From contig NC_091470.1 in assembly GCF_036971445.1 (NCBI RefSeq), forward strand, positions 150,908,001 through 150,972,000: a stretch of 64,000 nucleotides of DNA. Direction: 5' to 3'. The position numbers and the translations under genes are program-made. Below, one piece after another: positions 23,728 through 36,344 of the stretch. A model generated the notes under the pieces. The model had not been told where the DNA came from. It was given only the letters and a program-made list of their open reading frames with translations, and did no database searches. The DNA comes from Narcine bancroftii. Its lineage: Eukaryota. Position 1 is the first letter of the stretch. Every line of letters begins with the position of its first letter.

Positions 23728-26451
23728 TCAGTTTCCCCCCTTTTCATAAGAATTTTCTTTAGCTCCTTGAAGAATTTCTCTGTTAGGTGAATTGGTAATG
23801 ATTGAAATAGGTATTGTATCCTTGGGAAGATGTTCATTTTAATACAGTTTATCCTTCCTATCAATGTTAGTGGTAAGTCTTTCCAATGTTCTAAGTCGTT
23901 TTGTAATTTTCTTCATTAATGACTGATAATTTAGTTTGTATAGATGGCCGAAATTATTATCTACTTGTATACCTAGGTATCGAATTGTTTGTGTTTGCCA
24001 TCTAAATGGTGATTCTTTCTTAAACTTTGTGAAATCCGCATTATTATAGAGCAGCACAATTAAGATACCTATCAGATTTTTATCACACAAGGGAAAAACC
24101 AGATTGGACCAGATTAGAGCTAGATAAAATAGGGGAGAAGATACCTGAACATATACTATATAAGTGGGATGAAAAGTTGATGCAACATAGGAATTCACCA
24201 GCATTGCACCATCTGCTCAACATTTGGAAGAAGATTCACATAGAAAGGAATAAAATAAATTATCAACTACCAAAATTAATATTGACACAAAATCAACTAA
24301 TCCCTTTCACAATAGATAACCTTTCCTTTAGAGAATGGGAAAGAAAAGGGATCAAAAGAATCGAAAATTGTTTTTCGGGAAATAAATTATTATTTTTTGA
24401 AGAAATGAAGGACAAATATAGTATAACTCACGATACAATGTTTGCACACCACCAACTGAAAACCTACTTGAAGGACAAATTGGGCAACAGTCTGAGGTTA
24501 CCAGAAGGAAGCAATTTTGAATATGTGATTACAGACACAATGATAATTTAAAAATTTATAACAAACATGTACATCAAACTGCAAGAAAAGGAGAACGAGG
24601 AAACAAGCTGTAAACCTAAACAAAATTGGGAACAAGATCTAAACATAAAGATAAAGAATGAAACATGGGAAAAGCTATGCTCCGGAACTATGAGAAATAC
24701 AATAAACACGAGGTTACGCATGATACAATATAATTGGTTACACAGGCTATACACCACATCCCAAAAGTTAAATAAATGGGACCCAATAGTATCAGATAGA
24801 TGTTTTCGCTGTAAGAAGGAAACGGGAACAACAGTACATGCAATTTGGGCATATAAGAAAGTGGAAAAGTTTTGGAAAGATCTAAACCAGGTATTAAATA
24901 AAATCACAAAAAGCAACATACCAAAAAACCCAGAGATCTTCCTTCTAAGTAATGTAAGAAATAAAGAACTTGGCCTCGATTTGGATGGAGCACAAAAAAG
25001 ATTTATTATGATAGACCTAGCTGTAGCAAAAAAATGTATTATGTCAACCTGGAAATTAGAAGATAACCTGAGAATACAGCAATGGTACATAGAAATAAAT
25101 AAATGCATTCCATTGGAAAAAATAACATATAATTTAAGAAATAACATCAGAACATTAGAACAAATATGGCAACCATACATGAAACACAATAGAGAAATCC
25201 TACCACGGACCTCCACCACCTAAAATGACAGAAGGAGAAAACAACGAAATGAACTGACCCAGTATGTAAAAGTAAAAGACACAAATTTCTTGTTTATTTT
25301 TATTAAGTGACGACATTGTTCAACGGGTTTAAAAGTACAATATAGATTGAACTTTGAATAAATGGGGAGGGGGGTGAGGGATGGAGGGAAGAGGGGGGAA
25401 AAAGGGGAGAAAATTACACTATATATTCAAGAGAAAAATGTCTGTATGTATTTTGGTCAGTATGATTCATAGTGTGAAAAATAAAAATTTTAAAAAACCC
25501 AACTCTGTAGTAGAGTGGAGAGCACCATATTCATTGGAGTTCACTTAACTAGTGACCTATTGTGGACACTCAACACAATCACTGGAGTCTCCCTTCCCCA
25601 CCCCTCCCCCCCATTGAAGTGATCTACCAGGATTGTTGTCTGAAGAGAGCATGCATATTCACCCCTTCCACGCTTCACACAGCATCTTTCAGCTGCTCCC
25701 ATCAGGGAAAAGATACAGGAGTATCAGAGCCAGCACCACCAGGCTGAGGAACAGCTTCTTCCCACGGGCAGTAAGAATATTGAAAGACCAAAGGAACTGC
25801 TCACACTAACCATCCGAGATTCTCATATTCATAAAACAATATTTATTTTTATAGATGAAATACTTGTCCTGCGTATGTCTTGTTTGTCTGTATGCATGTT
25901 AACGTCTGGTTTTTCTACCGAGGACCAGAGAATGCTGTTTCATTGGATTGTACTGGTACAATCAGATGGCAATAAACTTGACTACACAATCTCTGCAGAT
26001 GATTGCAGGTTACAGGGAATGTCATTGAGCTTTGTCACATTCACAGCTGCCAGTTCACCCAGTGCCTCGGAGCAGCAACAAATGGAATACAATGTTAAGT
26101 TCCTAATCAAGGGTTTTGTACTTCCAGAATTGGGCTTATTGTTCAGCCACTGAGAGATGAAGAGGGAGAAGAGCTGTTAGCCTTGCTGAGACTGGGGCAG
26201 AGTAAAGTGGTGATCGTGGGACAGGACCAAACCAACATTGCAAGAAAGCTGTGAGTTCATATTTCACCAAAGTGAAGTATACTTCAATAAAAATTACCAT
26301 GACGGCTGCTGGAAAGTTTTAAAACCCATCTGATTTATTCAGGTGCTTCGTGAAAAGTGTGCCTGAATCCACCTGGCACACTTAGTACTCCCACAATCTT
26401 GTTGATTTGGAATAGCTCTGAAAAGACTGGGGTGGGCAAAGAAATGCATAT

Positions 26452-27075
26452 ACAACATTGCAGCACAGTCCAGGCCCTTCATCCCACAATGTTGTGCTGA
26501 CCCACTGATGCCTCCCAAATAAAAACTAAACCCTCCCTACCTCATAACTCTCTATTTTTCTTTTGTACATGTTGCTGTCTAAGAGTTCCTTAAATGCCCA
26601 TAATGTTCCAACCTCCAACACCACCCCTGGCAATGCATTCCAGACACCCACAACTCTCTGTGTCAAAAACTTGCCCCTAATGTCACTGCTTCGCTTTGTT
26701 CAGATGTCCTCTGGTACTCCCGCCCTGTCTACCTTATCTTTGCCTCTCATAATCTTGTCAACCTCTATTTAGTCACCTCTCATTCTTCTTTGCTCTAAAG
26801 AGAAAAGTCCCAGCTCTGCTAATCTGGCCTCATAAGATTTACTTTCCAATCTAGGCAATATCCTGATAAATCTCCTCTGCACTTTCTCTATAGCTTCCAC
26901 ATCCTTCCTGTATTGAGGTGACCAGAAAAGAACACCATATTCTAAGGGTGATCTCACCAGAGATTTATAGAGCTGCAACATTACCTCATGACTCCTGAAC
27001 TCAATCTCCCGATTAATGAAGTCCAGCTTACTATATGCCTTCTTAACTATCCTATCAACTTGCACAGTGACCTTG
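26452..27075 (-). mobile_element. CR1 LINE 3' fragment
   Basis: VKKAYSKLDFINREIEFRSHEVMLQLYKSLVRSPLEYGVLFWSP...LFSLEQRRMRGD. Confidence 0.85.
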
Positions 27076-28049
27076 TGTGATCATTTATGAACCTTGGCAC
27101 CAAAAACAAAAAAATAGGCATCTTCTTTTAGCCAGTCACAGAGGTAGTTGGTAACAAACTTTTCTGATCCCTGATTTGCTCAGAATTAGATCAAGGAAGT
27201 TTGGAGCGCAGTACATTTGCAGCTTGCATCTCGGTTCCCCAATGTCGAATCCTCACGAGTGAGCCTAAAATTTAACTGTTGGCAGGCTGTTCAACTCAAT
27301 AGGCATCAGAGATCAGCTCTCTGCTGTCCACAGGCTAGAAATGCAGATTCTCTTTGCAGTGGGCTCACAGGAGCAAACCCTCAATCATGCTGAGTGGAGT
27401 GGCTCCCTATCCCCTGGAACCTTGCACTCATTTCACCCCCGCCATGCATCCTAATATGCCCCAAGTCCTCACCCATCATCCTGCGTCCACAGTTCAGACT
27501 CTGGCAAGGCCTTGGGTACAAGATTCTCCTGTGTATTCAGTGCTCTTTTATGCCTCCCCAATCCAATAACTCCCAGAACTGTTCAATTCGCCAAGACCTT
27601 TGGCCTCTTTGGCAAGAGGTTTTTTGCAAGTTTATTAATGGCAGTTTACCAACTGCCTTGGCCCTGGCTTTGGGGCTCTCCCCCACGCTCATCCCCTTCC
27701 ACACTTTGGGAAAACTCTACCTCAATAGATGCAGGGGTGGCTTGGTGTTAAATTGCATTGGTAATGTTCCTGTGAAGTGCCTGGCACTGTATAAATGGAG
27801 GTTTCTGCTGCTAGCCTCAGGCGGAGATGATAGTGCACAAGGTTAACTCAGCACGGGTTGGAATTGGAAGCTGCCTAGAGAGTCCCCAGGCATTGCATTG
27901 GGGGGGGGTTTGCGTCTGCCTAGAGAGCCATGGACGTCCCCAAGGCAATTCTACTGTTTCTTGTTTGCTGCAGAAGCTGCTGATGTCAGCAGAACCAATC
28001 AACTATAAATTATTCATCTGGCTGTGTTAGCTATCCTTCCCTCCCTCAC

Positions 28050-28155
28050 CCTGATGGTCCGTCCCAGTGAGACTCAGAGTGTTGTCTCTGCGGAGCGATC
28101 GTCCCAGGGCCTGGCGGCGTTCTGCTAGCTCGGAATGGAATGAACAATCCGCTGC
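28050..28155 (-). CDS. Candidate coding exon of unnamed host gene (AADCSFHSELAERRQALGRSLRRDNTLSLTGTDHQ)
   Basis: CpG-retaining GC-rich block; donor CAGG|gtgagg; acceptor atccatcag is weak and upstream alternatives exist; 106 nt, phase 0 to 1. Confidence 0.6.
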
Positions 28156-28660
28156 CTGATGGATTGAGGCTGGCAACCATCCAAACCCACACCAGACTAT
28201 TCTGAATGTTAGCTGATTAACAGAGCATTCTTTGTGCTGAAAGGGCAAACCACAAACCCATCTCACATCTGCAAGAAAATACGAGCCCCAGCTGGCAAGA
28301 GTTTCGACGATTACAACTGCACGAAGAAGTGAAGATTGTAGTTTGTGGTGGGGATGGCTGCAAATGGAGCCGTGTGCAGCCCCACTTTGGGGGGGGGGCG
28401 AGGGGTGGGCAAGGGAGGGCTGCCCCATCTCACGGTTCCCTCAAATTAAGTGTCACTCGCAAAAAACTGCTGCCCTCTACAGTCAAACATTTTGTTTTCA
28501 TTCAGACTTTGCCGAATGACTGACTTTTAAAAAACCTCCCATCAAATTGCCCTTACCACTCAGGCAATGCTCATATGATGCGTTATGGCTCGCCCTGCCG
28601 TTGACCAGCCTGGCTGCTCATTTCTGGAACTTTTACCAATTAATTTTCAAGCTTTCAAGG

Positions 28661-29508
28661 CTCACCCCAAGGATGCGTGCTTAGCCCACTGCTCAACTCA
28701 TAATACACCATGACTGTGTGGCCAGGCAGAATTCCAATGCCATCTACAAGTTTGCCAATGACACCACAGTTGTCGGCAGAATCGCAAACTGCAATGAGAA
28801 AGCGTACAGAAGGGAGATAGATCATCTCGTTGAATGGTGTAACGACAATAACCTTGCACTCATTGTTAGCAAAACCAAGGAGATGATTCAGCAGGGAGTC
28901 AGGGGAACAGTCTTCACTGAGTGCTCAGTAGGGGAGAGGGTCAAGAACTTCAAAGTCAACATCTCCGAGGATCTGTCCTGGAGCCTCCATGTTGATGCAA
29001 TAACAAAGAAGGCTCGCCAACGGCTATACTTTGTGAGGTGTCTGAGGAGATTTAGTATGTCACCAAAGACTCACATAAACTTCAACAGGTGTACCGTGGA
29101 GAACATTCTGGTTGCATCACTACCTGGTATGGAGGTGCCAACTGAGAACAAACTCCAGAGGGTTGTTAACTTGGCCTGCAACATCACAGGCACCAGTGTT
29201 TACTCCATCGAGGACATCTACATGAGGAGGTATCTTTAAAAAACAGCATCTATCCTCAAAGGACCCCGCACCATCCAGGCCATGTTTACCATCGGGAAAA
29301 AGATACAGGAGCCTGAAGACGAGCACTCAACGGCACAAGGACAGCTTCTTCCCCACTGCTGTCAGACTCCTGAATGAACAATGAACCACAGACACTGCCT
29401 CACTTTGACTTTTTCTTGTACTAGTTTTATCTATTTTGTCAGGTCATTTATATTAATGTTTGCACTATAATGCTGCCACAAAACATGACAATAAATTCTG
29501 ATTCTGAT
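28661..29508 (+). mobile_element. Rex1/Babar-type LINE, RT C-terminal half and tail
   Basis: IYKFANDTTVVGRI...WCNDNNLALIVSKTKEM...KKARQRLYF; tail AATAAATTCTGATTCTGA. Confidence 0.85.
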
Positions 29509-31329
29509 AAGTCACACTGTAACTACCCCACAGCGTAAATCGATGATTGCAACTGAGGGATTGGCCTTTGGAATGGCCTGAAAGTGCAGGAATTTCTGAC
29601 ATTCTGCCAACTGGACCTCACGATCCAACACCAACAGTGGGGAAGGCAGTTAGAATCGCTGCGGCTATGATTACTGACATCTCCTCCAACATGCTTTGGT
29701 TTAGTAGTCACTGAGGACACTGACCCCATCACTGCCAAGGTGTCTGGGTCAGTACACCCTGTTGGCAGGTTAATTGATATCAGGAAGAGCATCATAGCCA
29801 AGTCTGGTGCCATCTCCATTAATCATCAAACAGCTGTCTTTGGGAGGAGGGGTGTCAGATAATTATTAGGGGGCATTAACACTGCCTGAGGCCATGAACA
29901 TCCTGCCAGAGGGCATTATCACCCTGCCAGGAGACATGAACACTCTGTAGGAGCATAAACACCCTATCATGATCTCCCTTTGAGGAGTTAGCCTTGACTC
30001 AATGGGTCTCAGTCTTGCCGTGAGTCCAAGTCCTATCCCAGGATTTGAGCCCATTACTTGGGCTGTCCTTCCTAGTGCACAGTCAAAAGGGTGCTACACT
30101 TTCGTGATTGCAGTCTGTTGAATGGAGCCAGTCAACGGGGCTTTGCCAACCTCAGAGCAAGGATGACATCAGAAGTACCTCAGAGAGTTTAAATTGCTGT
30201 GAGGCGTTGTCAGAGACACCAGTGGTGGTGTGCCGGCGTCCTGATTGAGACCAACTAATACCCTTCACATTGATCAAACCTACAATCTTCAGAAATAAAG
30301 TAGTAACTGTTTAAAAGACACACCATTCCAAGCAGTACACGTGGAGAGAAAAACACAGAGACTGTGACAATAAACTTTAATCAATCAGAACATTGGAACA
30401 AGCAATCTGTGTTGCTTTTGAGTCAGAGGGTACCTTGCCTTATCTTTGGGTCACTGAGGGTGAGGGTGAGAGCCTGCACTATTTGGGGCACAGGAGAGTG
30501 CTCCGCTGCTCCATGAGGACCATGTGCTGTCACTGGGTGAAGCCAAGGCATAGAGGACAGCTCCTGTGTGCCTTCCTGTGGCTAACTCAAATACAACATC
30601 AATAGATGACTTGTGATGACAGGAAAATGTGGTTCTGTTTGTAATATTTAAAATATAAAAGAAAAACAAAGATTTTGGCCATTAAGTTTCAAAGTGCTTT
30701 TCATCATCAGCAAAGTTAACATTAGAACCTGACCCCTGAGTTTGCTCTTACCCTGCTGGTCTCTGATTAGCGGTACCACTGCACACTGTTACCCCTGACA
30801 TCCTCATGCCTGGGATGAAGGTGATTGATAGGCAGCAGAACTGAGTGGTCACTAAGCCAGAAGCCTCATGCTGCTCTCAAAGACCTGCCGGAGCCGGGCC
30901 AACATCAACAGAAGCCTTGTCCTCTGGGGAACTGAGGAGAAGAAACTGCTTTAATTGGTGTGCTAATGGCAACCGGTGAACTCGTTGGGCTGGGTGGACT
31001 TTTACTTACACTGTCATCTCCTTTGTCATTTAATCACACCTAACTTCCATCCTTTCTCAAATTTCCTCTCATATGTTCATTACTCGAACCATCTCACTTG
31101 CCTCCTATCCTGACTGCAGTACTTTCCAGCCCTTTCATGCCAGTTCTGAAGGAAGGCAGTTTATCCACCACATTAACCATTTCTTCTTACTTTCCAGAGA
31201 CCACCACTTTCAGCATTTTTTGATTTGTATTTCTGACTTAGAATATCTGTCATCCTAGTGTTTTTGTTTTGAGGTTGGCAGCTAGTTGACTGCAGGAGAA
31301 ATCATGATCAGGGATGATCCTGCTCTCAC

Positions 31330-31378
31330 ACCGTACTCTGTGCAGGTGACTAACAGCAAATCCTTGAAGAATGTCCAC
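31330..31378 (-). CDS. Weak candidate 49-nt exon (WTFFKDLLLVTCTEYG)
   Basis: Acceptor gtgcttgtacag; donor GGT|gtgaga; phase 2 to 0 bridges exons 33918-34062 and 28050-28155; chosen partly for phase fit. Confidence 0.3.
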
Positions 31379-32624
31379 CTGTACAAGCACCTTTCAGAAG
31401 TCAGCATTATGAAAATGGTACAGATGGTGTAGATCAGACTTGTTCCTCCTTGAATGTGCAGAGTGATCATCCTAAGGCTTTCGTATGCAATTTATTTAGT
31501 AGATAAAATAATTCCTCAGTTGTGGCAGTCCAGAACCAGTGGCATGATCACGGGCTCTTTGGAATGTTATTCGGGAAGTACTTCTCCACACAAATATCTG
31601 GACTGAGCCTTGAAGACTTTTGTCAGTGAGGGTACTGAAGGCTGGAATACAGATCAGCCGTATTCTAGTGAAACCTGTTCGAAGGGCTGAGTGGCCTACT
31701 TCTGAACACAAGCCCTTCCTCAAAGGGGTTAATTTCTTGGTCTCCTTCTAGCTCTGCACGATAGAAAATAAGCCTCAGGCACTATTAACGTGACCATCAA
31801 CTAACCATGCTTTCTTGGTCTCTGATGCTGGCTTTGTGGGCAACCAAAAGGGGCATGTGAGTGCAAATTTTGCCCGTTTCTTTTCCTTTGAGGCTGCTGG
31901 TAATCTGATGAAGAGGAGCATCAGGGGAGATGAAACCATAACTCAAGCCTGAGAATTATTCATAGGAACGGCTTGGACCCTGAGTGCCAATATATTGTCC
32001 CAAATTATCACAACATTTAATACAATAAATCTCATATCAACAAATAGGTCATTTATTTTAATCAGCACTAAATATAAAAAGACAAAACAAAGATAATGAA
32101 ATTGGTCTGTCAACAAATGAAGCATACCAAGTGAAGCCATATCTCATGTGTAGAGGTCTTAAATATCTCCAGAAATGGCCAAGATTATTAGGTCCAGAGG
32201 AAGAGGTTGGTGGGGGAAAACCATAGCTGCAGATGCTATAATCCCGACCCAAACCCAGAGTTCACTATTTTTCCTGATGGGTGCTGACCGACCCGCTAAG
32301 TTCCTTCAGCTTCCCAATGGCTGGTCGAGGGACTGCTGACCTCTGTTGGGGTGGGGGTAAGGGTGAAGACTATGAATTGGAAAGCTAGGTTGCAAGGCCA
32401 AACACTGATTATAAATGGGGAGACATTTGGAAGAACTGGCTAAGGAAAACACCCTGATCAAAGGGTGCTGGAGGAAGCTGAAGGAAGGAGGGAAGCTTTA
32501 AAAATGTAAATGTAAAAGTTGAGGCTGAGGAAGCAAGTCACTCAAGAAGGCACTATGGCAACATTCTGCCACATGACATGTTTTATAGATCCGTCGCGAT
32601 CATTGCTGAATTTAAGATAGATTC

Positions 32625-32742
32625 CATATGCTGGAAATCTGGAGCAACGCACAATATCATGGAGGAACTCAGCAGGTCAGCCAGTGTCAGTTAATGCAGA
32701 ACAATAGATGGTCAGTGCTTCAGGCCATAACCCTTCATCAGA
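32625..32742 (-). mobile_element. Penelope-like terminal repeat fragment with degenerate hammerhead core
   Basis: ATGCTGGAAATC...GGAGGAACTCAGCAGGTCAG; minus strand reads CTGATGA-AGGGTTATGGCCT-GAAGC. Confidence 0.5.
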
Positions 32743-33917
32743 AATTATAAGTGCTGCACCCAGATCAGTCCTAAATCTCTGCCTTGTTTTCTTCACTCTA
32801 TTCCAGTACTAATCACAGAGCACTAATGGCATAGGGATTACTTAAGGTGGTATGTGAGTGGAAAGAAAAAATTTGAAAACCACTGCTTTATACGCTAAGA
32901 CAACCTGGAGCCTTTTTCATTATTGTGTTTGCACCAACTTTTTGAGCTTTCTCAATCATTTGCGCTCTCCCCTTAACCCTACACATCTATCTAGTGAAGG
33001 GCTGGATACAATAAAGATGGCAGGGGTTCCACAGATGAGGAAATCACAGCAGAGGTTGCTTCTGTCCTCAGCTGCTGCCTGCTGTCTGCTGGACGACAGT
33101 CAGGAGCCATGTGATTTTGATCTACCTTGCTTGAGCCAATGAAACAAATGAGTCCCTGGCAAACAGACCATCTGAAAGTGTTCCCTGGGCATAATCCAGG
33201 CTCCGAAGCTGCTGTACAACAATACCGAATCACTAGGGAGGCTGAATATGAGGAGTGTTAAACAGACCACTTTAAAGAGATTTTTAAACCTCTTTGACAG
33301 TTTAAAAGAAAACGATTGCTTAATCTTTCTTCTATCATCTTTGACTCACAAGCACCAAATTCTCGATGAGACAGAAAGTCTTTCTCATCACCAACTGCGG
33401 TTAAAGCATTTGTGGGGCTTTTGGGACTAAATGGGAAGTGAAAATTTTGAAAGGTATGGTTTATCAACTGGAGATTTGAACAGATTACATATTATAGAAT
33501 GCATTCAACAAAATACTCACAACACTTGCTCTGGTACAATTCTACTCCAAAGTGACACCTCAGCAAACCACAGGGACTTTTCTTTCTCTGCTCTTGCTCC
33601 CAATTTTCGAGCAGAGTATTTTTGGACAGGGTATTTACTGTGGTTTAGCACATTCCCTTTCACTTCTCAAAACTGGACTCAACCCTGATCCACAATAATG
33701 GATTGAGAACCTCTGCCTGATGTGGGAGTTCAACATGAACTAGTGCTCCAGGGTGTCATTGCAAGTGACGTTGTGTGGGAGGAAGTGTGTGGAGAAAAGA
33801 AAAGTCACAAGTTGAAGGATCTTCCTGGAAAATCAAAGGGGTGGGGGAGGCAAAAGTAATATAATGATGTTGCTACTAAAACGTCTAAGGCACGCAGCAG
33901 CTCAGCAGCTTGGTTAC

Positions 33918-34062
33918 TTGCTGGGCACTTTGTGTGGCTCCTTTCTGACACCCCGTCTGCTTGGTTTTGGTGGTAAAACATTCAGAAGCATGAAAGCGGG
34001 TGGGAGGGTGCGATCCAGGAAAGGAGGACTCGTCACATCCTTCACCATGATCACATATTCAC
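33918..34062 (-). CDS. Candidate coding exon of unnamed host gene (GEYVIMVKDVTSPPFLDRTLPPAFMLLNVLPPKPSRRGVRKEPHKVPS)
   Basis: Acceptor gtaactctgatttcag; donor CAA|gtaacc; 145 nt, phase 1 to 2; protein-like composition; frame closes immediately after the donor. Confidence 0.7.
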
Positions 34063-34230
34063 CTGAAATCAGAGTTACACAGGTTTGAAATGTTTTCATT
34101 TGAACTGTTTCCCTGAATTCAAGCACTTGAGCCCTTGTGCCTGTGTCCCAGTCATGAGTGGTTTTATGCAAGCAGTCCCATGTTTTGCTGCTGAGTCCTG
34201 TCCCTATTTGGAAGGTTTCAGTAACCAAAC

Positions 34231-34455
34231 GGCATGGTTAGCATAGCAGTTAGCACAACACCATTACAGCGCAAGCAACCCGGGTTCGAATCTGCCGCTG
34301 ACTCACTGTAAGGAGTTTGTACATTCTCCCCATGTCTGCATGGGTTTCCTCTGGGTGCTCCAGTTTCCTCCCACATTTCAAATACACATGGGGTTCATAG
34401 GTTAATTGGTGACGTGGGTGTATTTGGGCGGCATTGGCTCATGGGTCTATTGGGC
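34231..34455 (+). mobile_element. V-SINE (HE1-like)
   Basis: GGCATGGTTAGCATAGC A-box-like, GGTTCGAATC B-box, GGGTTTCCTCTGGGTGCTCCAGTTTCCTCCCACA V-domain. Confidence 0.85.
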
Positions 34456-35019
34456 CAAACAGATCCCATCATCATTTTTCCAGACTGCAAAGCTACAATA
34501 TCCCAGGTTTAGAGAGAAAAGTCGATCATCAGTCAACCGCTAATCTCTCTCATGTGACCTGTGCAGTGATGTTAGAATGAGTACGGCCTTTTCATTGGAA
34601 AAAAGGAGACCGTTCAACCTCATAGGCCCAGTCCTCCTCTCAATTCATCCGCCCCCCCCCCCGCCTTTCCATTACTCAGTATCTGCTCTCCCTCAAACAA
34701 AATTAAAATCCCTTGCCAGCATAGTTGGAAGAGCAAGGACGTGGGTTGGTCAGTGAAGTGTTATTACTGCCTGCTTTCCTGTATCCTGCAGGAGTTGACA
34801 GTTTCTTGGGGGAGCAGGAATGTCTCCAAATGAAGCATAATATTAATCTTGGGATGAATCAGACAAATCACAGCGTGTGTGTTCCTGCGTAGTGAAAATA
34901 TTTATACAGCTGAAACAAAATTGTAAAAAGTTGTGTTATCTTTGTCCTTGGTCATACAATACAGGGAAAGAGGAAAATGGAGATTACAAGCAAGCAGCAG
35001 GCCAGACTGGAAGAATCTT

Positions 35020-35350
35020 GCATCTCTCTGGCATTTTTCATGACCTCATGACATCCCACAAACTTTTACTGCCAATGGGTTACTTTTGAATTGTAGTGCC
35101 CATTGCGCAAGTAGATTTGCACCCAAATCAAGCTGACATTAATATCAGATAATCTGTTTATGTGATGTCCTTCAGATCAGTGACACAGGGACATCAACAT
35201 CCAATGGAGTGGCATTGCAGGAGCTTGGCTGAAAACAGCAGGTCCGACAGTATGGTACTCAGCATTGCACTCTGAATGTCAGTCAGGTTTTTTGCCGAAG
35301 TCTCTGAAATGAGACTTGAACAGACAACATACAATTCAGGGACCTGACAG
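35020..35350 (-). mobile_element. Deu-domain SINE, degraded
   Basis: Similar to 2360-2550 (GCCAATGG...TACTTTTGAA...CAGATAATCTGTTT...AAGTCTCTG...GACTTGAAC). Confidence 0.45.
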
Positions 35351-36124
35351 CAATGAGACTTTGGCCTGAACATGTAAAACTAATTTGAGTCTTTATAACC
35401 TATGCATTGTGGGCTGAAAGCTTCAAAGTACATGGTGTCGAGTTGGGCAATGTAGACGCACATTGGACGCACATTCATTCAGCCTGTTGTTCTCAGAGAC
35501 TTTAATGACATTTAGCATTGAGATTGACATTGCACAACGCAACAGGTGGGCCAGTGTAGTTTTAAAAAGAAGAGGTTATTTAATAACCCTAAACCACAGG
35601 GGTTGTTTTATTGTTACGATAACAAGGAAACTATGCAGGGCCTCAGAACTGGGATGCTGACATGCTCAAACTTGACCACAGATTAGGTTTTGCTGTTCAC
35701 TGTGATTATCTTCACAGTTTCATGTTGACAGCCAAGGCAGCTTTTTACATTCTGTAAAACTAATCACCCTCTGACCAATGCCAGCTCGGAGGTTGCCAGA
35801 TATACTGGATTAGAAATATTAAAGTGTCAAGTTAAACGTGCAACAACTATGAACTGAACAACAATGACCTGTATTACAACACTGACATTTTGTTGGCTGT
35901 GAAAAAATCGAGCTCAGAATGTCCCAAATGCTTCACAGCAAATGAAACACTTCTCAAGCGTGGTTGTTGCTGAAGTATTTGGTGAAGCAAGAAAGTCAAT
36001 ATGCACCAGCATCCTCTCAAAAAATCATTAATGAGTTAATGATTGGATAATATTTTTTTTAATGGAAAAGGTTTGGGGGACTTTCTGAAGATGTGAAAGA
36101 CACAATATAAAAGCAAGTATTTCT

Positions 36125-36310
36125 TTTTAAATTTTAAATTCAGACATACAGCACGGCAACAGGCCTTTTTGGCCCAGGAGCCCAGGCCACCCAAATGACC
36201 TACAAACCCTGGTGCATTTTAAAAGGTAGGAGGAAACCAGGGACCTTGGATGAAATGGGGAGAATGTACAAACTCCTTACGGATAACACTGGATTCGCAC
36301 CACAGTCACA
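36125..36310 (-). mobile_element. V-SINE 3' part
   Basis: TTTAAATTCAGACATACAGCACGGCAACAGGCC tail; GGAGAATGTACAAACTCCTTAC. Confidence 0.7.
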
Positions 36311-36344
36311 ATCACTGTCTTTTTGATACACATGGTAATATATC

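Larger units (their letters stand above)
21083..25497 (+). mobile_element. L1/Tx1 LINE, 5'-truncated with inversion (minus: 21083-21155 + 23724-24045; plus: 24040-25497)
   Basis: Segments align to L1 at 52465-54165; ORF2 C-terminal zinc knuckle CFRCKKETGTTVHAIW; G-rich 3'UTR and A-rich tail. Confidence 0.9.
21027..25983 (+). mobile_element. Rex1/Babar fragment (21027-21090 + 25500-25983) split by an L1 insertion
   Basis: Rex sequence continues across TSD CAACTCT(A/G)TAGTA at 21078-21090 and 25500-25512; tail AATAAACTTGA. Confidence 0.8.

Noticed and set aside
30752-33212. Other AG-GT bounded minus-strand segments (~30752-30809, ~33126-33211)
   Set aside because: They need extra assumptions to keep the frame and give no recognisable peptide
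34231-34300. tRNA gene
   Set aside because: The A/B-box region is the head of a SINE followed by the V-domain; no complete cloverleaf
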